From the NCBI GenBank assembly GCA_903913965.1, contig CAIWNB010000386.1:2160-34159 (forward strand): 32,000 nucleotides of DNA, read 5' to 3'. The position numbers and the translations under genes were made by a program. The notes under the pieces were generated by a model. That model made no database searches. It was not told the origin of the DNA and saw only the letters and a list, made by a program, of their open reading frames with translations. This stretch comes from an uncultured beta proteobacterium (GTDB lineage Bacteria; Pseudomonadota; Gammaproteobacteria; Burkholderiales; SG8-41). The stretch's first letter is position 1. The number at the start of each line of letters is the position of its first letter. Positions 26,013 to 32,000 of this stretch are shown one piece after another.

Positions 26013-26030
26013 ATTTCAGCTTTATGACGA
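26013..26030 (-). promoter_or_regulatory. Pho-box-like element upstream of phnF
   Basis: The minus strand reads TCGTCATAAAGCTGAAAT against the E. coli consensus CTGTCATAWAWCTGTCAY (13/18 by hand alignment). A TACATT -10-like hexamer (26002-25997) follows after a 10-nt gap. Confidence 0.3.
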
Positions 26031-26049
26031 CGGGAAAATTTTTTGCAGA

Positions 26050-26076
26050 AATAACGTTGTTAACGGAAACGTTATT
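26050..26076. repeat. Perfect 9-bp inverted repeat AATAACGTT-N9-AACGTTATT
   Basis: Arms at 26050-26058 and 26068-26076. The spacer GTTAACGGA contains the GTTAAC palindrome. It sits about 90-110 nt upstream of phnF and has no adjacent T-run, so it is not an obvious terminator. Confidence 0.5.
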
Positions 26077-26367
26077 GGCGGGCGCGGAAGTCGGCCGCCC
26101 ATGGTGAGCATTACAAGTGTGCGGCCAGTCCGTGTCTCATGATTCGACAAACATGGTGCGTTCACGGCTGAGTGGTTGTGGCTGGCAGGCCGCGTTGGGT
26201 GGTCGCGGCGCTACGCGATATCGATCGCAGAGGCGGGCTTCTATGAGGCAATGCCGGAGTCATCCGGCCGTACCTTATTGCAGAGTGGGGAAGGGTTTTG
26301 CGCGATGCTTGTCTTGCGGCGCACTTGTGTTGCCCTGCCCCCTCTCATGGGTAGGGATGGGGCTGGC

Positions 26368-28197
26368 TTAGCGTTGTCCGCCGCGCCGGTCGTGCATGGG
26401 CGGCGCGACTTTCATCACTTCATCGACGGTGGTGATGCCGGCGGCAACCTTGAGCGCGCCGCTGATGCGCAGCGGTTTGACCCCTTCGCGATAAGCCTGC
26501 TCGCGCAGTTTGTCCATGTCGGTTTTTTCATTGATCATGCTGCGGATATCGCTGTTGAGCACCATCATTTCGTAAATCCCGATGCGGCCCACATAGCCGG
26601 TCATGCGGCAATCGAGGCAGCCTTTGGCGATAAACGTGGTGTCCGGCTTGGGGGCTTTCCACGGTGAGACCAACAACTCCCAGGCCGACTCTTCGAGCGG
26701 CGCTTTTTCCTTGCAGGCCGGGCAGAGTACGCGCACCAGCCGTTGCGCCATCACGCCCAGCACGGTTGAATTCAATAGATAGGCCGGTACGCCCAGATCC
26801 AGCATACGGGTGACCGCCGCGGGCGCGTCGTTGGTGTGCAGTGTTGAGAGTACGAGGTGGCCGGTCAGCGCCGACTGGATTGCCATCTCGGCGGTTTCCA
26901 GGTCGCGAATTTCGCCGACCATGATGATGTCCGGGTCCTGCCGCATCAGCGTGCGGATGCCGGTGGCGAAATCAACGCCGATGTTTGACTGCACCTGCAT
27001 CTGGTTGAACTGCGGTTCGACCATTTCAATCGGGTCTTCGATCGTGCAGACGTTGACCTCGGGTCTGGCCAGGTGCTTGAGCGTTGAGTACAACGTGGTG
27101 GTCTTGCCCGATCCGGTGGGGCCGGTGACGAGGATGATGCCGTGCGGCTTGGCAATCATGCCGCTCCATTTTTTCAGATCGTCGTCGGTGAAGCCCAGAT
27201 CGCCGAAATTCTTCACCAGCACATCCGGGTTGAAGATGCGCATCACCAGCTTTTCGCCGAAGGCGGTCGGCATGGTGGATAGACGCAGTTCAACCTCACC
27301 GCCATCGGGCGTAACGGTCTTGATGCGGCCGTCCTGCGGTCGGCGTTTTTCCACCACGTCCATGCGGCCGAGTACCTTGATGCGGCTGGTCATGGCCGCC
27401 ATCACGGTGGTGGGGATCTGATAGACGTTGTGCAACACGCCGTCGATGCGAAAGCGTACGTTGCCGATTTCGCGCCGCGGTTCGAGGTGGATGTCACTGG
27501 CGCGCTGGTCGAAGGCGTAGTTAAACAACCAGTCGCAGATATGAATGACGTGCTGGTCGTTGGCGTCGAGTTTGCCGCTCTTGCCGAGTTGCACCAGCTG
27601 CTCGAAATTGGCAATCGAGCTGTAAGCCCCTTGATCCTTGGCAGTCGCGCCCCTGACCGATTTGGCGAGGCTGAAAAACTCGACGATGTAATTCTGGATA
27701 TCGATCGGATTGGCGATCACACGCCTGATATTGAGGCGCAGGATCTGTTGCAGCGAGGCCTCCCAGTCGCGCACGAACGGTTCGCAGGTGGCGATGGTGG
27801 CTTCAGTGTCGGTGACGCCCACCGGCAGGATGCGGTAGCGCTGGGCATAGGCCGTGGACATGAGTTTGGTGACCGCCGCGAAGTCGATCTTGAACGGATC
27901 GATATGCAGATAGGGCATGTCGACCTTGCCGGCCATCCACTCGGAGAGTTGCTCAAGGTGCAGCAGTTTGCGCGGGTTGCGCGGGTCTTTGAGTTTTTGT
28001 GCGTCGAGGATGACCAACGGATGCTGCTCGCCGTGATTCAGGCGGCGGTCGGCCAGCAGGCGTTCCGCATCCTCCGTCGACACCAGACCATCGCTGACCA
28101 GGTCACGCAGCACCGGTTCGAGCGTGATGCGGCGTCCGGGCGGGATGGCGGCGAGTTGGCTGGCGTGCGGTTTTGCTGCGGTCACGGATTTGGTCAT
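26368..28197 (-). CDS. GspE/PilB-family type II secretion / type IV pilus assembly ATPase, stand-alone
   Basis: 609 aa with Walker A GPTGSGKTTT, Walker B/Asp box DPDIIMVGEIRD and His box LVLSTLHTNDA. Tetracysteine CPACK...CLDC is present. A T2SSE_N-like domain (YAQRYRILPVGVTDTEATIATCEPF) follows a roughly 70-aa N-terminal extension. Confidence 0.85.
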   Translation of the reverse strand: MTKSVTAAKPHASQLAAIPPGRRITLEPVLRDLVSDGLVSTEDAERLLADRRLNHGEQHPLVILDAQKLKDPRNPRKLLHLEQLSEWMAGKVDMPYLHIDPFKIDFAAVTKLMSTAYAQRYRILPVGVTDTEATIATCEPFVRDWEASLQQILRLNIRRVIANPIDIQNYIVEFFSLAKSVRGATAKDQGAYSSIANFEQLVQLGKSGKLDANDQHVIHICDWLFNYAFDQRASDIHLEPRREIGNVRFRIDGVLHNVYQIPTTVMAAMTSRIKVLGRMDVVEKRRPQDGRIKTVTPDGGEVELRLSTMPTAFGEKLVMRIFNPDVLVKNFGDLGFTDDDLKKWSGMIAKPHGIILVTGPTGSGKTTTLYSTLKHLARPEVNVCTIEDPIEMVEPQFNQMQVQSNIGVDFATGIRTLMRQDPDIIMVGEIRDLETAEMAIQSALTGHLVLSTLHTNDAPAAVTRMLDLGVPAYLLNSTVLGVMAQRLVRVLCPACKEKAPLEESAWELLVSPWKAPKPDTTFIAKGCLDCRMTGYVGRIGIYEMMVLNSDIRSMINEKTDMDKLREQAYREGVKPLRISGALKVAAGITTVDEVMKVAPPMHDRRGGQR

Positions 28198-28299
28198 CGC
28201 CGAAATATAAACGTATCTTTCTGAATACTCAATAAGTTACGTCGTTCTTTGGAGAGGCGTTTCAGGTCTGCGTTGGCTTGAGCGGGCGATAGTGATAAA

Positions 28300-28347
28300 T
28301 GCATTATTACGGTGCGTTATTGCGGCTAAATGCACTTCATAAGTGCG
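28300..28347 (+). promoter_or_regulatory. Two NtrC-like enhancer sites upstream of amt
   Basis: TGCATTATTACGGTGCG (28300-28316) and TGCACTTCATAAGTGCG (28331-28347) resemble TGCACC-N5-GGTGCA. Their centres are 31 bp apart (3 helical turns), about 65-110 bp upstream of the -24/-12 element. Confidence 0.45.
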
Positions 28348-28409
28348 TAATAGCATATTTTTTTCAGATTTAATTGAAAATACTGTTTTAAAACAATGAA
28401 ATTGTATTT

Positions 28410-28425
28410 TGGAATAAAAATTGCT
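28410..28425 (+). promoter_or_regulatory. Sigma-54 (-24/-12) promoter of amt
   Basis: TGGAATAAAAATTGCT has GG and GC at the exact spacing of TGGCAC-N5-TTGCW. It lies 34 nt upstream of the ATG at 28459, and the RBS GGGGGAGG lies between. Confidence 0.5.
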
Positions 28426-28458
28426 TAGTGCGGGGGCTTTCTAAACAGGGGGAGGTCC

Positions 28459-29664
28459 ATGGAGAACTTCAAGTCAGGTAGCGATGTTTTGTTCATTTTG
28501 CTCGGCGCGATCATGGTGCTGGCAATGCATTCGGGGTTTGCGTTTTTGGAACTCGGCACCGTGCGCAAGAAGAGTCAGGTCAATGCGCTGGTGAAAATCC
28601 TGGCGGATTTTTCAGTCTCGACGATTGCTTATTTTTTCATCGGTTACGGTATCGCTTATGGTGTTAATTTCATGGGCAGTGCGGACCAGCTTGCCGAGAA
28701 AAGCGGTTTCGAGCTGGTGAAATTTTTCTTCCTGCTGACCTTCGCCGCTGCAGTGCCGGCGATTGTTTCGGGCGGTATCGCTGAACGGGCCAAATTCAAT
28801 CCGCAAATTGCCGCGACTTTTCTGATCGTTGGTTTCGTGTATCCGTTTTTCGAGGGTATCGCGTGGAATGAACACTACGGCGTGCAGGCCTGGATCAAGG
28901 CGACGACGGGTGAAAACTTTCACGACTTTGCCGGGTCGGTGGTGGTGCATGCGGTGGGCGGCTGGATCGCTTTGATGGCGGTGCTGTTGCTGGGCGCGCG
29001 TAGCGGCCGTTATACGAAAGATGGTCGCGTTAGTGCGCATCCGCCGTCGAGTATTCCATTTCTGGCACTGGGCGCGTGGATACTGGCCGTCGGCTGGTTT
29101 GGTTTTAACGTGATGTCGGCGCAAACCATCGACAAGATCAGCGGTTTGGTGGCGGTGAATTCGCTGATGGCGATGGCCGGCGGCACACTCGCCGCGTTGA
29201 TCATAGGCCGCAATGATCCGGGCTTCGTGCATAACGGTCCGCTGGCTGGACTGGTGGCGGTTTGTGCGGGCTCCGACCTCATGCATCCGGTTGGGGCGCT
29301 GGTCACCGGTGGCGTTGCCGGCGCTCTTTTTGTGGTGATGTTTACCGTCACACAGAATCGCTGGAAGATCGATGACGTGCTCGGCGTCTGGCCGCTGCAT
29401 GGTTTGTGCGGTGCCTGGGGCGGCATTGCTGCTGGTATCTTTGGTGTGAAGAGCATGGGCGGGCTGGGTGGTGTGAGTCTCAGTGCGCAGCTCATCGGTA
29501 CTGGTCTGGGGATCGTGATCGCGATGGCGGGCGGGTTGTTGGTCTATGGCACGCTGAAGGCGATGTTCGGTATCCGTCTCGATGCTGAGCAGGAATACGA
29601 GGGCTCGGACTTGAGTATCCATAAGATCGGTGCCACGCCTGAGCGCGAATCAACGAACTGGTAA
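28459..29664 (+). CDS. amt: Ammonium transporter (Amt family)
   Basis: 401 aa polytopic protein with VLAMHSGFAFLELG, DFAGSVVVHAVGG and VWPLHGLCGAWGG (the twin-His Amt signatures). Confidence 0.95.
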   Translation: MENFKSGSDVLFILLGAIMVLAMHSGFAFLELGTVRKKSQVNALVKILADFSVSTIAYFFIGYGIAYGVNFMGSADQLAEKSGFELVKFFFLLTFAAAVPAIVSGGIAERAKFNPQIAATFLIVGFVYPFFEGIAWNEHYGVQAWIKATTGENFHDFAGSVVVHAVGGWIALMAVLLLGARSGRYTKDGRVSAHPPSSIPFLALGAWILAVGWFGFNVMSAQTIDKISGLVAVNSLMAMAGGTLAALIIGRNDPGFVHNGPLAGLVAVCAGSDLMHPVGALVTGGVAGALFVVMFTVTQNRWKIDDVLGVWPLHGLCGAWGGIAAGIFGVKSMGGLGGVSLSAQLIGTGLGIVIAMAGGLLVYGTLKAMFGIRLDAEQEYEGSDLSIHKIGATPERESTNW

Positions 29665-29859
29665 CGCAAGGGGTGGGTTAATGAAAATTAACATTGGTCA
29701 ATAATAGATGCGGATATACTGACGCCCGCTCGGGGGACCGTCTTGCAAATAGGCGAATAACTACAAATTTTGCATGACTTTCTCTTGGTATTCAGAGAAC
29801 CAGAAATCGGCGGTATGGTCTGCCTGCTCGGGTTCTTTGAGCTTTAAGGCGGGGGGCTC

Positions 29860-31038
29860 ATGTCAGAAAATGCGATCGACGGAACAGATACCAATGGACT
29901 TGGATTTCTCGCGAATGCGAGCGCAAAAGCCCGGGTTCTGGTGGTCGATGACACGCCGGCAAATCTGGCCCTCATCAGCGGCTTATTGACCGAAAAATAC
30001 AAGCTTAGCGTTGCCAGCAGCGGGGAGAAAGCCTTGCGTCTGGCCTCAAGTGAGCCGGCGCCCGACTTGATCCTGCTCGATGTCATGATGCCGGTGATGG
30101 ACGGCTATGAAGTGTGCAGACGCCTCAAGTCGGATCAGCAGACCCGCGATATTCCGGTGATTTTTCTAACTGCGAATCGCAGCGTGGAAGATGAAAAGCT
30201 CGGCTTTGATTTAGGCGCCGCCGACTACATCACCAAGCCGATTAACCCGGCGATCCTGCAGGCACGGGTCGGCGGGCAGCTGGCACTCAAGGCGTATGCC
30301 GACACCTTGCGCGAGAAGGCAGATTTTTTTGAGCGCGAGGTGGAAAAACGTACCGCCGAGCTCGCCGCCATCCAGGACGTGACGATTCTCGTCATGGCTT
30401 CATTGGCTGAAACACGCGATTCCGAGACCGGTAACCATATCCGGCGTACGCAGTTTTATGTCAAGGCGCTGGCTGAACAGCTCAAGAGCCACCCCCGCTT
30501 CGCAGCGACACTGTCGGATCACTACATTGCGCTGCTCTACAAGTCGGCCCCTCTGCACGATATCGGCAAGGTGGGTATTCCCGATCGCATATTGTTGAAG
30601 CCCGGCAAATTTACTGCCGAGGAATTCGAGATTATGAAAACGCACACCACGCTCGGCCGTGATGCGATTGATCGCGCCGAGAAAATGCTGGGAACGAGAG
30701 TTGAATTCCTGTCGATCGCCAAAGAGATTGCCTACGGCCATCAGGAAAAGTGGGACGGCTCCGGATATCCGCTGGGTATACGGGGTGACGACATTCCGGT
30801 CTCTGCCAGGCTGATGGCGCTGGCCGATGTCTACGATGCGCTGATCAGCCGGCGTGTTTATAAGGAAGGCATGTCGCACGAGCAGGCCGTGCAGATCATT
30901 GAAGAGGGCCGCGACGCGCATTTCGACCCGGATTTGGTCGACGCCTTCGTCGTCATACAAGAGCAGTTCCGCGAGATTGCGTTGCGCTATGCGGATACCC
31001 ATGAAGCACTTGCAGAAAAGCAGGCCCGGTTTGGCTAG
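29860..31038 (+). CDS. Response regulator with HD-GYP output domain (RpfG-family, predicted c-di-GMP phosphodiesterase)
   Basis: REC domain (VLVVDDTPANL...DLILLDVMMPVMDG...FLTA) followed by an HD-GYP domain (HDIGKVGIP...HQEKWDGSGYPLG). Confidence 0.9.
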   Translation: MSENAIDGTDTNGLGFLANASAKARVLVVDDTPANLALISGLLTEKYKLSVASSGEKALRLASSEPAPDLILLDVMMPVMDGYEVCRRLKSDQQTRDIPVIFLTANRSVEDEKLGFDLGAADYITKPINPAILQARVGGQLALKAYADTLREKADFFEREVEKRTAELAAIQDVTILVMASLAETRDSETGNHIRRTQFYVKALAEQLKSHPRFAATLSDHYIALLYKSAPLHDIGKVGIPDRILLKPGKFTAEEFEIMKTHTTLGRDAIDRAEKMLGTRVEFLSIAKEIAYGHQEKWDGSGYPLGIRGDDIPVSARLMALADVYDALISRRVYKEGMSHEQAVQIIEEGRDAHFDPDLVDAFVVIQEQFREIALRYADTHEALAEKQARFG

Positions 31039-31148
31039 TGATCGGGCGCAGTCAGTAATCCCCGTCTTACCGTAGGCACGTGCTGTCGACACAGCCTGTT
31101 GAACAAGCGTGCGTTTGTTTCGAAGAAGACTATAGAAAGAAAGCAGAC

Positions 31149-32000
31149 ATGAACATCACAAACAGCAACGAGATTACTGCGACCCTGGCGAAATTTGATA
31201 TTGCAGAGGACGACGCGCGTTTGATTCGCGATGCCGGCAAGCTGCTCGACAGCAAGCTGGGTGACTTTGTCGATGAAATCTATACGTGGATGAAGCGGCA
31301 GGGCGAGTACACCACCTATTTCGGGACCAATACCAATTTGATGGAGCGCGTATCCAAAGCGCAGCGCCGTCACTGGATGACCTTTTTCGAGGCTGATCTG
31401 GACGAGACCTATTTCGCGTCGCGACGGCATATTGGTGCGATCCATGAACATATCCAGCTGCCCAATGATGTTTATTGCGCCTCAATGAGTATGTCGCAAC
31501 ATCTGCTGAATATAAAAATCCGCTCGATCAAGCCGCAGCCGAAAGAGCTGGAGCAAATGCTTGCCGCCATTAACAAGCTGATCCACCTGGATTGTTATCT
31601 GTCCCTCGATGAGATCGCGCGCATACAGCGTGAAAAGATTCTGGCGCACAGCAAGTCTTTGATGGAAATGTCGACGCCGGTGACGCCGATTTGGGAGGGT
31701 ATCCTGCTGTTGCCGCTGGTTGGCATCATCGACTCCTCGCGCACGCACGACATTATGAACAAGACCTTGATGCGAATTTCAGAGACGCGGGCAAAAGCCT
31801 TTGTGATGGATATCAGCGGGGTGAGTACGGTCGACACCGCGGTGGCCAACCAGTTGATCAAAATCACCAAGGCCACGCAGCTGATGGGCTGCGAGTCGAT
31901 TATCTCGGGCATTTCGCCGGCGATTGCGCGCACGATCGTCGAACTCGGTATCCATGTCGGCGAAGTCAAGACCACGGCGACCCTGCGTGATGCCTTCGAG
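31149..32000 (+). CDS. Globin-coupled sensor with STAS domain (RsbR-like stressosome sensor), 3' end outside the window
   Basis: Not in the supplied track because it has no stop. I translated it by hand from the ATG at 31149: 284 codons with no stop, running to base 32000. The N-terminal part is sensor-globin-like (EIYTWM..., RRHIGAIHEHIQLPNDVY with a candidate proximal His). The C-terminal part is an RsbR-type STAS domain (TPVTPIWEGILLLPLVGIIDSSRTHDIM...AFVMDISGVSTVDTAVANQLIK). Confidence 0.75.
   Translation, partial: MNITNSNEITATLAKFDIAEDDARLIRDAGKLLDSKLGDFVDEIYTWMKRQGEYTTYFGTNTNLMERVSKAQRRHWMTFFEADLDETYFASRRHIGAIHEHIQLPNDVYCASMSMSQHLLNIKIRSIKPQPKELEQMLAAINKLIHLDCYLSLDEIARIQREKILAHSKSLMEMSTPVTPIWEGILLLPLVGIIDSSRTHDIMNKTLMRISETRAKAFVMDISGVSTVDTAVANQLIKITKATQLMGCESIISGISPAIARTIVELGIHVGEVKTTATLRDAFE

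Noticed and set aside
26125-26150. Second Pho-box candidate (minus strand TTGTCGAATCATGAGACAC).
   Set aside because: The second half-site does not align at the 11-bp periodicity, and the element lies more than 160 nt from phnF.
26117-26667. Plus-strand ORFs 26117..26371 (84 aa) and 26176..26667 (163 aa) in and beside the non-coding gap.
   Set aside because: They have junk-like Arg/Cys/Gly-rich composition and no RBS. The second runs 300 nt antisense into the GspE-like gene.
27990-28110. Full MshEN c-di-GMP-binding motif in the N-terminal extension of the GspE-like ATPase.
   Set aside because: Only a partial match to one of the two required 24-residue repeats is present. The leading RLG is missing, as is a clear second repeat. 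I keep it as a hypothesis within the finding, not as a call.
29677-29692. GTTAAT-GAAA-ATTAAC hairpin just after amt as a terminator, and the TTCTCT-N8-AGAGAA inverted repeat at 29780-29799.
   Set aside because: Both are 6-bp AT-rich stems with no following T-run. They are too weak to call as terminators or operators.
1-32000. Search for CRISPR arrays, tandem repeats, IS elements, integrases, tRNA/rRNA genes and toxin-antitoxin pairs.
   Set aside because: Reading the intergenic regions and the ORF track revealed none. This visual scan cannot exclude short dispersed repeats inside coding regions.

Overview
High-GC proteobacterial chromosome segment. Hand counts of a few 60-nt lines give about 63% GC in the phn genes and 43-48% at the right end. 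The gene content, including an orphan Bug/TctC-type binding protein, suggests a betaproteobacterium. The window is almost fully coding, and I saw no transposase, integrase, phage gene, CRISPR array, rRNA or tRNA. Blocks from left to right: (1) The tail of a hotdog thioesterase. (2) A tightly packed minus-strand cluster glcD / outer-membrane beta-barrel / glcE / glcF / orphan DNA methyltransferase / Bug-family binding protein. (3) A family III CoA-transferase convergent with glxR-hyi (glyoxylate branch); no gcl is in the window. (4) A MocA-like nucleotidyltransferase followed by a translationally coupled four-gene cassette: MoxR AAA+ ATPase, family-6 UDG (hypoxanthine-DNA glycosylase), CoxE-like VWA protein, YaeQ. 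This is the most unusual association here. (5) A complete C-P lyase phosphonate operon, phnF-D-C-E-G-H-I-J-K-L-M-N-P, with an EamA/DMT transporter coupled to phnP. (6) A 400-nt non-coding gap. (7) A stand-alone GspE/PilB-type secretion ATPase with no partner genes. (8) An ammonium transporter with a good sigma-54/NtrC-type promoter and no glnK. (9) A REC-HD-GYP response regulator followed by a globin-coupled STAS (RsbR-like) protein that runs off the window; that ORF is absent from the supplied track. All family calls come from my reading of motifs in the translations. No database search was possible.
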